Source of the DNA: Haplodiscus bocki
Taxonomy: Eukaryota
NCBI GenBank assembly: GCA_965655095.1
Contig: OZ296649.1
Location: 97,960,001 to 98,024,000, forward strand
Length of the DNA: 64,000 nucleotides
Direction of reading: 5' to 3'
The notes below the pieces were generated by a model. It did no database searches and had not been told where the DNA came from. It worked only from the letters and a program-made list of their open reading frames with translations. How positions within the stretch are numbered: the stretch's first letter is position 1; every line of letters begins with the position of its first letter. Of this stretch, positions 52,001-64,000 are shown one piece after another. The position numbers were made by a program, and so were the translations under genes.

Positions 52001-55000
52001 TTTGCTTTTGAATTAAATCTCTCAGTAGGATTCAAGTTTGCGGTATATTTTTGTGCCTTGACTTTTCTGGCAATTTTGGACCAAATTGCTGACATTTCAA
52101 GTTCAATCTACATTTTAAAACCAACGAGCAGGAAAAGGAACTTACTATTTAGGTCAAGCCAAACAATTGAATCCTCCCGTGTGGACTAAAAGTCTGCACC
52201 TGAATTGCATCTGGCCTTCAGGGCTTAAGTTGTCGCTTGTTTACTGTAAAAACAAGGCCCAGAATATCCTTCTCCGAAAAAACAGCTTTGCTTTTGTCGT
52301 TTCTGATACTTTCAATTTTCTTGTGTTGCCAAGTCCAACTCCACGTAGTCACACTGAAACTGTTTTGACGTTTCTTCAAAGTACTGATGGCAATTTTGCT
52401 ATAATTGGTGATTAGAAGTTTTCAAATCGTCAACTGAATTTTTGGTCAAGTTGTTTCAATGGGCAGGTAGACAAAAAAATGAGTGTTGAGTGGTTAATTT
52501 CTCTTCTAAAATAGAAATAGAAATAGGGAGAGATAGAAATTGCATCAACACATTGACCAGCAAACTTCAACACAGAATGACGCCGCCAAAAAATTGGCAC
52601 ACAGTCAAACTGTACTTTAAGGCTGTACTAAAAATGCAAAACATTCATGAACCGGAATGTTACAAGTAGAAGATTGAAATCTAAAAACATTGCCAGGAGT
52701 CAAATAAATTTTTACGGTAAAAAGACATCCGAGAAAAGTAAACAGTTGGTAGTGTTTCAATATAAACAAAAGAAGTGGGTGGCTTTCAAAGCAGAAAGGG
52801 CTGGTTCACAACATGGCAGATTTTTCAAATGGCAAAAGTTACGAAAACAGTGCAAAACTTACGTTTTTACCCTGATATTGAGTGCCCTGGGTTTTGTGAC
52901 TCGGGTCGAGGACACATAGCTTGTACAGTTTTCTAAAAATGCAAGGTGCACGAATAAACGGGAGCACGGATTTACACAAAGTACGTGATTTTGGAAGGTT
53001 TTCTGATCGTTGCTTCTGACAAAAAATTAGGCTCCGAGTATTTCAGTGGTTTTTATATCTTTGAAACCTCAGCTTTAACCGAAAACTACATTGGTTAAAG
53101 CTTTGTACCAGAGTGTGTCCGATTGTCATGGAAACGTCAACTCAAAGCAGAAAAAGGAAACCTCATGCGTTCAAAAAAACCCAGTTTCTCCAAAACCTAG
53201 TGAGAACAATTTGTTAATGACATCCATTGGACATTTGTTTAGCCACGCTAGCAGCTCCACCAACTTGAATTCTCTTCGCTGGCTCTTTAAGGCCCACCAA
53301 ATCTGTCATTATTGTTTCTCCAAAAATTCCGGGTACAACTTGCAAATTGCGAGGTTTAACGGAAAAAAAAACGAGTGAAAATGGCAAAACTTTGTTAGAG
53401 GAATGAATATTGGAACACAATTGGAGAAAAATTAACTTGAAGTGACCATAGCAGCAACAATGATATCGTGACTTTTCATTTCAAAATAATTTTCACGTTT
53501 TCGACCAAATCTTTATATTTCAAACTCCTTGTGCCACGGTTTCAGATAGTTAAAACTTTCTCCACCAATCCCCTAGTGTTGACCAACAACTATCTGCTTT
53601 AGGAGTTAGAGAGCTACAAAAAGTGCTTTTGGAAATTGCCGCCTCCGGATTTTTGTCTTTCTGCTACCCCAGCCGAAAACAAAACTCGAAAGGTCGAACG
53701 ACTCAGAAATTTGCTTGAAGCATTTCACAATTCTATGTCTGAAACCGCTCCAGTTGGATCATTTATCTATTTAGTTGCTGTTAATTGGTCATATATTCAC
53801 CTAAAACACTAAAACGGCAAACATTCAAAATGAAGCCGTCCAGCAAAAAAAAAGACGTGAATCTGAGAAAAGTTCTATTAAAAGATGAATCAAAATCTTT
53901 TGCTAAAAGAAATTTGATACTGCTTACTATTTTCTTATATTTACTGAAAATGAACAGAAACTGCTATCGGCTACCGTGAACTAATTGCTTTTGTGTACAC
54001 TTTAGAAGTTTTCATTCTTTTGGTTTTCGAATCAGATCATTCAATTACAAATCTCGATGACCACAATTCCGTTCTGACTATTTTCGTCCTGAACGACAAA
54101 ATAAACCCACGTTATCTCCGTAATTATTTTATTTTCACGAGTTTTCCAAAAACAGTTTTTTTGGACTTACAGCCAAGAACGATCGTTGGCAAAACTGCTC
54201 CGCAGAAGCTTTTTCACTAAAATATTAAAAACCCAACGAAAAATACAGCGAGCCATCATATTTTCTGTTAACCTTCTTGCAGTTTCTTGCAAGGAACCTT
54301 TGATAATACTTTAAAAACAATAAATATATAGAGATGAGTTAGTCACAACCTTGAACTTTAACAAACCTTTGCCGTTTTACAGCGAAAAAACCAAAAACCA
54401 ATATATTCTACAAGTGTTTGATAAAGGCCGCAAAGTGAAAATAAAACTACTTACAGAAGAAAAAGTTTTTCTCATAGGTTAATTCTCCATTAAAAAAACT
54501 ACCTAAAGACATATAAAGCGGTAGCAAATTGATCTGCACTATGGAACGATGCCGTTGTGCACAGTGACGATGACGAAAATGTTGATGAAAACTCCACACA
54601 AGCAGAAAAGCAGAACATCCGATCAGAAGTGCTAAAAGTTGCTGACAACCGGTCACAATTCGAAACTAATATGCCACATTACCTGTAACCAACTGATCTG
54701 GTAGGTATCTCCTCAGAATATAGAGCCCCACAGAAACAATCAATAATTTCCATCGTTGATATCGATCAAAAAAACGTTTTGTTAATTTTAATGTCTCTTG
54801 CTCAGGATCTCATAAATGGGTTATTGTTTAAATATCACAAATCCGGGATGAGTTGAAAGATCCATGAACTGAAAAGTCCCGAACAGCACGTCTACTTTTA
54901 CACGAGGCAAGGCATCAAATCCTTGTTCTGCCCCCTTCGAAGTTTTGAAAAATGAACTTTCCAATATTTTTCTAGGTGACCTTTTAATTTGCTTTTGATT

Positions 55001-55396
55001 TAAATCTCTAAGTAGAACACAAGTTTGCGGTCCATTTTTGCGCCTTGACTTTTCTGGCCATTTTGGACCAAATTGCTCACGTTTTATTTTTAATAATTTT
55101 TTTTAAATCGGACGAGCAGGAAAACGAAGTGACTGTTTAGTGACTTTTTATGTCAAATCAAACAAATGAAGCTCTTCGCGTAGACTAAAATTCCGCACTT
55201 CAATTAGATTTTGTCAAGACTGCTTAGGTTTTAAGTTGTCGCAAAATTATTGTTTAAAGAGGCCCAAAACATCCTCTTGGAAAAAAAAACAGCTTTGATT
55301 TTGTTGTTTCTGATGCTTTCAATCATCATGTGTTGCCAAATCAAACTCCACGTAGTCACACTGAAACTGCTGCTGATGTTTTTTCAATGTACTGAT
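21865..55396 (+). repeat. Macrosatellite: 12 tandem units (short ~2.25 kb, long ~3.21 kb, plus variants)
   Basis: The junction marker ACTGATGGCAA occurs at 24121, 26374, 28624, 30884, 34092, 36342, 39551, 41800, 44835, 48043 and 52383; the array ends at ACTGATCTGCAA (55391). Unit lengths are ~2260, 2253, 2250, 2260, 3208, 2250, 3209, 2249, 3035, 3208, 4340 and 3008. Confidence 0.95.
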
Positions 55397-56300
55397 CTGC
55401 AAATTCTAACCCATTCCAGTTTTATTCCATAGGTTGGGATCAAAACAAACTTTCAAGATGAGGGTTTTTTAATAGTCTCCTTAGCTTTGAATTTCACCCA
55501 CATTTTCCCAAACACTCCCTAGGTAGATGGCTCGTTCATCAGCTTGATCAAACAACTCGTTAATTTCGAACTACCTCACATCCAAACTATTTTAGCTGAT
55601 CAGATGAAGCTGAATTTTAAACTTTTGCATATAACAAACCACTTCCTGGATCTACACTAGCTCCATTCAAAAAATTTTCCAACGAGAAACAACAGACTTT
55701 ATTGAAAATGTTTGAAAATGACGCGTGCTGAAAACGAAAACAAACTTGTTAAGGCAAAAATTGTAAGAACTAACTCCTTTTTTCTCATATGGTCAACATA
55801 GTCCAACTTGCGAAATTACAATTATAAACTAAACATTCAAATACATATACTGTGCATTTATTCCATGCAATGAACTTATTCTCGTTAACATCTTCCTATT
55901 AAGGTCCGATTGCTTTCAATATCCAGGATTAAATCATATAAATGTAAGCATCTATAAACTAGAAGATCGGACCCTTGTATTACAATTGAAAACTAAAAGA
56001 AATCCCCGTCAATTCCAAAAGACATCCTCCAATAACATGTCTCTTCGAATTTTTGCACCAATTAATAGCTGTAAGATTTGAGTTATTGTCACAGAATGGA
56101 ATTTTTCAGTTGCACAATGAAATCATCTAACCCTATTTTATTGCATTGTCACTCATTTCTAAAATCTCATTCAAGAGCAGAATTGTCCTAATTCTCCAGA
56201 AAACGTCCATATGGAAAGTTCTTGTTTCCAATTTTGCTTGACAATTGACAACAAACACGTCTACCACGTCAAATTACGCAACAAATTTCTGTCAAAATCA
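22020..56300 (+). pseudogene. Decayed LRR-ectodomain gene; its first ~3 kb is amplified in the macrosatellite and its 3' part is single-copy (55397-56300)
   Basis: Plus-strand remnants in the units: VKLNFNAVVIL, LRNLSFNRI, LLVLTNNSL and APNGSFIHLVAVRW, plus FVLND and VLDLINGL in long units only. Beyond the array: DGSFISL, LNVSIYKLE and LSQNGIFQLHNEI (56086-56124). All copies carry stops and frameshifts. Confidence 0.55.
30884..41799 (+). repeat. Higher-order repeat: two copies of a 5458-bp long+short dimer
   Basis: Identical or near-identical ORF-track peptides are offset by 5456-5459 bp (31528/36985, 32149/37606, 32749/38205, 34204/39663, 35871/41330). Confidence 0.9.
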
Positions 56301-56413
56301 AAGTGACACCGCCGGCACCTAGAGGTGGAGCCATATTTTCCAAAACTTCTGTTTTTTGAACCCCTGAGGTTTGGCCGTCCCCGAAAGCAACCTGTCACAG
56401 GTTACAAAAGTTA

Positions 56414-56934
56414 ATATTTGCGCCATATCTGAAATATGGAAGCAAAATCTTCCTCTCAACGGCTCCGTTTCTGACGTTTTTTTGTACCCGATGTTTGCCA
56501 ATTGCATTCACGCCAAATCGGCAAAATTTTTCACGCTACTGAACGTGATTTTATTTTCTGACCAAATTGTAGCAAATTTGCCGTAGAATGCGACTGAAAT
56601 AATAAGATTTTTCAAAACGTTCGATCTGGGTCTTTTTTGAAAAAGTAGATGCGTTTTTCCAAACAAACTTGAAATTTTTTCAAAATCGCTTAAGGTGGCA
56701 AATTTGCTATAAAAAATGTATAAAATGGTATTATTTCTTTGAAAGGTATTTTGGTCTTAATTATGAGATTTTTTTGGCAAAAAGTCAGAAATCTGAAATT
56801 TTTGGAAGTTGGAAAAGTTAGAAAATATGATGGAAGAAGTGTTTTTTCATGAAAAAAAAAACGTTTTAGTTTTCTTAAATGCATTCTTTACAAAAAAAGG
56901 ATGGCGGAAAATATGTAGTAGCCGGGCGTCTTGT
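56414..56934 (+). mobile_element. Non-autonomous Helentron-like element, family B
   Basis: 5' ATATTTGCGCCAT is inverted against subterminal ATGGCGGAAAATAT. It ends GCCGGGCGTCTTGT like family A but has a different internal sequence. Confidence 0.7.
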
Positions 56935-57689
56935 GTGTATTCCGTATGAGAATCATTTTCATTTTGGATAATTTTCATTCAAGCTAACTCGAAACAAACC
57001 TATAATTTCTAAAACTAAATTTTTTAAAAAATCACCCCATGTCTTTATAAATGTTTAAGAATTGAAAACCAATTAGAGCATCAATTGAAAAATTCTATCC
57101 AGTTTCGAGTTTTGGTTTGCTGACGTAATAATAATTTCGGAATATCGAGTATTTTCACCGACCATCCACACCCATTAGTGAAGCAAGTTAACCAATCCGA
57201 CTGCGTGGCCGTACAGCTTTTAACCAATCTTAGACAATTTTTAGGAAAATAGAAACTGAGCACTGCTTCAATTCAGTCAGTGAGAAACTTCAAGACTTCT
57301 GAGCTGCTTTCTGAACAAACGGATGAGTCCATAACTTTTGTCAGAGATTGCAAAACCTTCTACAACTCAACTCTTTGCATCAAAAACTCAAGAAAGATAG
57401 TTAAACCTTAAAAAACAAATAATTTTCTTGAATTCCAATCTTTTATTCTCCTTTAGAGGTTTGCAAAAACTCTTTTAAACTATCGATAACCTACAATATT
57501 TATTTTCAATTCCTTTTGAAACGATATTTTCACCGTCTTTAGGTTTTTCCAAAATTGAATTGACAAAAACAAACAGAAATTATTTTCAAAAAAGAGCCAT
57601 CCCAGACATTCTTGCAGCAAACCTGTTTCATCACTTCAACTTATTCTCTGATCATGCACTATTGTTTTTAGAGGTTGATTATAGCAACA

Positions 57690-60350
57690 ATGGAATTATT
57701 AACTTTTTTCGTTGTTCTTGTTGGAGTAATAGAGTCTAAAAAAGTAGTATCCGTTAATGCTACAATAGGAGCAAACTTTGACAAACAATTGTTGACTCTT
57801 CTCCTTGTCGACCTTACTCACCAACACAACATTTCATTTTTGTTCGCGTTCAATTCGTAATAACGGACGTTTTTTAAAAGAAAACACCGCACAGTTGTCA
57901 TCAAATGACTTTACTCCATCCGATCCCATTCAAAGTTTTCGAAGAAGTTAGTGTATTAACCATGAATGTTTTGACAATAATTCCTGCGTAGGACGTCACG
58001 TCGACAGTTTTAGCTAAACCTCATCACAAGAACTTCCTCAAAATCTTTTGAATAACTACAGAAGTTCTCAATGACTTAACTTTATCCGCCGGATTTGATC
58101 ATGATAAAAAAAATCGAGTCATTTTGAATTGTCAGTGCAAATCACATCTCCAGCCTCAGCTCTGACATAAAAACGAAGGAAATACAGATGCCCGAAAAAC
58201 CGAATTAGGCTAACCAATTTCCAGTCCCTCTTTGAGCCACAGAAACTGATGTTCGCCTCGTTCTACTTTTTTGTCATAACATAATTTTTTTCTGCGGAAT
58301 TATCTCGATCGAGTAGATGATTGTGCAGCAAAACCACCTGAAGTTGCTAATAAAGAAACAACTGTTGATTGTTTTATCAGAGTTAAAATTTCTTCCATCA
58401 TAGCTTTGGAATGCTTCCATCCATATACAAAAAAACTAGGTTTTGTGAATACAACAAAAGCTCCAACAATCATTATGATCGACAAAGTTTTTAACAGAAA
58501 ACAATGATTAGGTATTATACTTTTAGTTAGAAGGACTGTCGGAGTCAAATTCGATGACTGTTTCAACTTTCTGTTTGGTAGCATAACCGAACTATCGAAC
58601 TTCCCGAAGACTTTGCTTTGTTAATAGGATTGGAACAACCAAACACTCTTGCTAGAACCTACGGCCTTAATCAAGCTACTCCAATAAAAAAACATGTGTA
58701 TGGTGTTTAGGTTTCTATCTCTCAATCCACGTGATTTTATGGATTTCAAAAGTTTTTACGAAATTATCTTCATTATCTGACAAACAGTAAATCTGAAAAG
58801 TACGTCGAATATCTCAAGTCTAAATTTGTTTTGTAAATCTGTTATTACGTTTTTTCTATTACTATTGCAGGGTAGTCGCCAAAAATTATGCTTTGCTATG
58901 TGTCTGAAAACATAAATATTGCTATGTGACAGGAAAGTTCGCCGCCCCTAACATTTTTTTTCAAGGTGACCTTTGATATCTTTTCTTCTCTCATGAATTC
59001 GAAGCAAAAACTACGAAACTGAGCAATCTTAAAAGGGTCACATCTCTACCTGGTATAGGAAAGGGATGTTCCCATAGCCAAGTTTACTAAATGAAGACCA
59101 TGGATACCAGAAAACTACAATTTAGGTTCACCATCAGTAGCATTAGTTTGTTCCAGTAGCTTCAACATAAAAATCAAATTGAAGTCCTTATATTTCTTCA
59201 TGTCTTTTTGATGGAAGTTTTGATGCAGACACGGGGCTCACAGTTCACACAAAAATAATTGGTAACCTCATCGAATGTGAGAATAACACGACTTTGAAAT
59301 ATGAATCTTTTTTAGTTACTGCTGATGCAAGACACAAAAAATTATCCTGCTGTGAATGGTTTTTTTTACCAATACCCAGACGAAAATATAAGATCAAGGC
59401 TTGGAACTTTGGGTGCACTGGTACCTTTTGACTTTGAATGTGACTGTCTTAAAAAATATGTTTTTGCTAAAATGACTTCCGCTGAAGCAACTACTTTAAT
59501 ATAGCTAATTTAATTAGAACGCACCCGTATATGCCCAATTTATTTCGCTCAAACAATTTGTTGCACTGTCAGCCAAATTGTAAGCGCATGACTTGGATTT
59601 ATGATTTTCAACATTGTTCATCACGCTTTTAAACTTTTGATTCAAAATTTTTTCAATCTTTACTTTTGAACCTATATTTTCGAATCAACTCTTGTGAAAA
59701 AATTAAATAGTTTCATGTAAATACTATTGGTCGGCCAATTTACTCTGTTGCCACTTAACCTCCTTGTGACGGCGACACTGTTACTGTTCCTGCTCCAGAC
59801 CCTGGCGGCAACTATCAAAGTTTAATAACAACAGCAGGAATGAAACAACCTCCACCTGCTAAGTTTATACTATCTGAAATTGGCATTACAATACAACTAT
59901 TCAATTTTTCAGGTCATAGTGCTGGCCTAAAACTCCTGAACAAACATCTGTTTTTGGAATCAAAATCAACTATCAGAACGTGCTGACGAAACAATACTGA
60001 TTTTATGCACAGCAAATAGTTATTGATCTTTTATTGACAGTGATACATATTTCTACGGTCGTGAACACTTTCAATCCTGTCTGAGGAAGGAGAATTAAAA
60101 TGACGGATCGCCTTCTAAAGTAAGTTTTGTTCTCCACAAATACCGATTTGAGGGTTTTTTCTATATATTTGGAGAGGCAGTGTAGTTTCATTAAATGCGG
60201 CCCATACCTTACAACCCACCAAATGTTACATTTTGCAGTGGCATCAATTGTGTTTCTCCTCCACATTTTACAATTGCACAGAAGGCCCAGAGCCATTGTA
60301 GGCTTTTCTCTATTTGAGTCATCTAAACTACCGTGCCTGTTTTCGAAATA
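57690..60350 (+). pseudogene. Decayed secreted/membrane LRR-receptor gene
   Basis: An acceptor TGTTTTTAG (57671) is followed by ACAATGG and a signal-peptide-like MELLTFFVVLVGVIES. LRR remnants are IESF*IVSANHISSLSSD (58113-58166), LSVW*HNRTIELPEDFALLIGLE (58568-58636) and VTFDIFSSL. A Cys-containing and a hydrophobic segment lie near 60180-60270. Confidence 0.5.
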
Positions 60351-61515
60351 GTATCTAATTTTTTGGCCTTAATCCAATGGACTCGGATCACGTCAACTAT
60401 AACAGTGTTACAGGAAATGAGCAGTACTTTGTGTCATCAAACAGTACCACGGAAACAAGAGCTAAAAAATTTCAAACAATCAAAATAAAGCACAGTATTT
60501 TTCTAATAGTACCAAATCTACAGAATTAACGGAAGAGGTAAAACCGACTAAACATTCCACCTCTAGTTCAAATTGCTACCACCGCCAAAAAGATAATTTC
60601 TCTGCGACCCCTCTAGTTCTGATGCAGTACATAAACAAAAGATTCCCTTATCTCAGAGCAGATTTTAAAGAAAAGCGAAACACTCGCAAAGAGGCAAACT
60701 AACTTAAAAACCTCACCTCATTGATTAATGCTAAAGGATAGTGCAACATGTCTTCCCCTTCCTTATGTCGAGAATGGGCACCTATTTCCTCAAATTAAAA
60801 AGAACTTTCAATTGTTTTGGAACATTTTTTTCTGCACAATCTATAAGAAGATGGAACAAAGTAAAAACACGGCTTCAGCACCGATTCCGGTGTGAGTTAA
60901 GTCTTCCCCGGATCTTGACACTTTGGTAACTGACCTACTTCTCCATTTTCTGAACTACCACGTCCTGATTCAACAATTCCAAATTCTCAGTGGCCCATTT
61001 TTTCTCCAAGAGCATCCCAGGCACCATTAAAAACCACGATGTTTTTGTGCAATCCATCCCACAAACATCATTATCGGCAAGTCTAATTAACCCACAAACT
61101 CTTGTTTAACAAGCAACACAAAGGCAAAAACAAATACCAGTTACCATAGAACCAAATTTTCTCTAAACCGATCTAATTTCTTTTTCACGCACTAACTTTT
61201 TTCTTCCCAAAATAAACACTCATGGCATCCTCTCTAACAACACAATCCCTATCCTCGTTTCCACCTAATAACCTAGTTTTCCCAGCAGTCCATCACTCAC
61301 CACTGAAAGAAAAAAACCTCCTCAATTTCACACATCCATATCATCGACATCTAAGGCATCCAACCCGTGTCCCCTAAATTAACGCTCCAATGTATATATT
61401 ACATAAAAAACTCCAAAGAATTCATCTTCCTCCATCGTCTGCAATACCTAATTTTCACGAAAACCCCGAAAGAAACTTCCGACAATTATACCATCATGTG
61501 ATCTTGTGAAACCAC

Positions 61516-61563
61516 AGCATCATAGAACTACATACAGGAAAAACACCATATCCTTGTGAAATC
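61516..61563 (+). pseudogene. C2H2 zinc-finger linker remnant
   Basis: QHHRT, a 1-nt frameshift, then HTGKTPYPCEI; cf. HxRxHTGEKPYxC. Confidence 0.45.
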
Positions 61564-62662
61564 ATCGACCTAAATTACACAAACCAACAACCCCCAGTCC
61601 CGCGCTACTGATGCAATTTACACCTATGGCGTTTGGTTCAAGAAATCTGGATTAGTCATCTTCCCTTTCAGTTCATTCAACCCAATAAACGAGTATTGTT
61701 AAAAGTCACCAGCAAACATAGTCTCTTTGAATCAAGTGTTCTCATTTAAAAAACTTCGACAATGAATTTATGATTTGCACACTAACCACCAACACTTTTT
61801 TGTTATTAACAAAAATTGATCCCCTTGTTCACCTTCTGAACAATGCTGTGTTGATTCTTCGTTTTTGCATGTCGGAATAGGAAAGTGGGTTCAAGTGAAA
61901 CAGTATTTCATTTAGGGCCTAGAAGTTAACTTTCATGGAAAATAGTGGTTCCAAGCGAAGCACTTTCTTACGGTCCACACTGTTTGCTTTTTCACAATCA
62001 AGCACCACATAAATTAGCACTAGGATCTTGTCTATCTCTCGTGCATTTGTTTCCGATTCAATTCAACACAGTTATGTTTAAATTAAAAACACTTTCTCAC
62101 CGCTGAACACAGGTTTCCTCATTTACACCTACTAATCAGAAACTTATCAAGTACACTACCAACAACAAAAGCACTCGCAAACCCTCCTCCCTTTTCTCAC
62201 GACTGACCATGGAAGCTTGCAATTACCCGCATTCTCTGCGCTTCGCTCAAGGAAGTTAATCCCGCTCATTTCGCCGATGCCGTCTGCACCCAAATAGAAC
62301 ATTAAAAAATACTCGCCAAAATTTTTGGGCTGCACAAAACGTTTTTTTAATTTCATTTTTATATATTTTCAAAAAATCAATTCACTCATTACTGGTTTCA
62401 AGATCTGCAAAGGAACATACAAAACTTTCAACAACGTTTTCACGACGACAATTCAAATTGTTAATAACTGCATCAAGGAAACGCAGCCAAATTTGGACTC
62501 TCATAATCTCCTCATTTTACTCTGCGTTACATCACAATGAATTTTGGTAAAAATTGTTTTTAACTTTTTTTGACGCATAGAACTTTATACTAAAAAACTG
62601 CAAACCAACTTGTTTGTTATAAAAAATGGTATGATTTACTGATAGCGTTTGAGCCAGTTTGA

Positions 62663-62845
62663 ATGGAAAAGCTTACGAATTTCCCCGTGTTTTGTTATGC
62701 ACTACCCACCAACTCCAGCTCAATCATTACTTCCAAATCCTTCCTCCTTCTCAGCATGTCACACCCATTGCATCTGCATCTACTGTCGCGACAACAGATC
62801 TTATCGCCATGTCCGCAGTGTCGAACCAAACTATTTGTAGCGTAG
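62663..62845 (+). pseudogene. Frameshifted RING-HC domain remnant (possibly a TRIM-like N-terminus)
   Basis: Joining two frames gives MEKLTNFPVF (cf. LxCPVC), P..FSACHTHCICIYC (cf. PxxLxCxHxxCxxC) and SPCPQCRTKL (CPxCR). Confidence 0.5.
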
Positions 62846-62968
62846 GAATGCAAATTACGTCTTGTAAAAGGTCACTTATAAACGAATGTTTCTTAAAACA
62901 ACTCATTCATAGTACTTGCAGATTATTGCTGCAGCTTACTTTCGTCTTCTCGACATACGGATTAAAAA

Positions 62969-63463
62969 ACAAAACAGTCGGCTCCCACCGGAAACTTTGC
63001 GCCTTCTTATTTCGGTAAAGATGCTAAACGTTTTTTTTAAAATACTCTGTTTCTTTATCATATGTAATAATTTTTAAATCTCCAAAAATTTACTGTGGTT
63101 TAGCGAAAACAAACCTCACAGAGAAAGTGGAAACACATATTTAGGAAATTTTACCGTTTTATACGTTGTCTATAAAACAATTGCCAAATTTGCTTTTTTT
63201 GGAAAAATTCAAAGCTTTATAACAAGAAAAACCCGACGACTTCTCCGAAAAAAGCTCAAAGTTTGACTTTTTGAGAAATCTAACTATTGCAATCGTTTTC
63301 TACGGCAAGTTTGCTACAAATTGGTAAGAAAAATTCACGTTCAGAAAAGTGAACAATTTGGCCGAAATCGTTTAGTTTGAAAGCAATTGGCCAACTTCGA
63401 TTAAAAAAATGCAACGATTTGAGAGGAAGATTTTGCTTCCATTTTGTAAATATGGCGCACAAT
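62969..63463 (-). mobile_element. Non-autonomous Helentron-like element, family B, diverged
   Basis: GAGAGGAAGATTTTGCTTCCA...TATGGCGCACAAT is the reverse complement of the family B 5' end, and TCTACGGCAAGTTTGCTACAAATTGGT is an internal match. The 3' end is degenerate (ACAAAACAGTCGGCT). Confidence 0.65.
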
Positions 63464-64000
63464 AACAACTTGATAAATGCAGAAACGTGACTTGTATGTT
63501 CTATCACTGATGACTTGATTCTGGCGGCATTGAAATGGACGAACGTTTTTCTGTTGTCTAGCCTGGCTCCTCATTGAATTGAAAAAGAATATTCAATAAC
63601 CTACACTGTACACGCATATTTATTCAAGCGGTGCTAGTTAAGAGGCATTCAACTATTCATACTCCTCTAAACGACGCAAAGTACTATTCTAATGAGATTT
63701 TGGATAATTAAAACAACATCCTTTGTGTTAATAAGGTGAACGACGACACAATATTTTTCTCCGCTAATGGTTCAGACAAACGGCAAACATCTGACTCAGA
63801 CTATTTGCTACAACTTATTCAGAAAACAGAAAAACAAATAATTGACTGTGTAATAGATTTTACTGCGATTTATTACAATGTGTTTTTTTACTACTTTTAT
63901 CAAGAAACTACGCAGAGAAAAAAATTCTCAACCCGGATAAGATAGACTGAACGAAAACTATAAGTTACAAAGTTCATCAACCGAAGAGTTGTAAGTACTA

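Noticed and set aside
21865-55396. The many 60-140 aa ORFs as real genes, or the array as a VLR-style LRR cassette library
   Set aside because: ORF limits vary between units and stops/frameshifts are pervasive and often shared, so decay largely preceded amplification. No intact cassettes or acceptor gene are visible.

Overview
AT-rich eukaryotic DNA, most likely from an invertebrate animal; the species cannot be assigned from sequence alone. Three intact, same-strand housekeeping genes have intron-free CDSs: mevalonate kinase (4512-5684), SETD1/Set1 H3K4 methyltransferase (6014-10195) and Mediator MED6 (11660-12403). Each is preceded closely by a pyrimidine-rich AG splice acceptor. The rest of the window is repeats and decayed genes. 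There are two related families of non-autonomous Helentron-like (HINE/DINE-type) elements, one carrying a tRNA-like segment and a variable ~120-bp internal minisatellite. About four degenerate leucine-rich-repeat (LRR) genes, a RING remnant and a C2H2 zinc-finger remnant are also present. A ~33.5-kb macrosatellite (21865-55396; 12 units, basic forms ~2.25 and ~3.21 kb, with a 5.46-kb higher-order dimer) has a unit made of a Helentron terminus fused to a dead LRR gene segment. The most notable observations are the origin of this macrosatellite, a possible operon/trans-splicing or shared-leader arrangement of MVK-SETD1-MED6, a GC-rich nested palindrome with E2F and TATA motifs at ~16.6 kb, and an apparent homopolymer-extending substitution bias in non-functional DNA. 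Pseudogene translations and alignments were done by eye and need computational confirmation.
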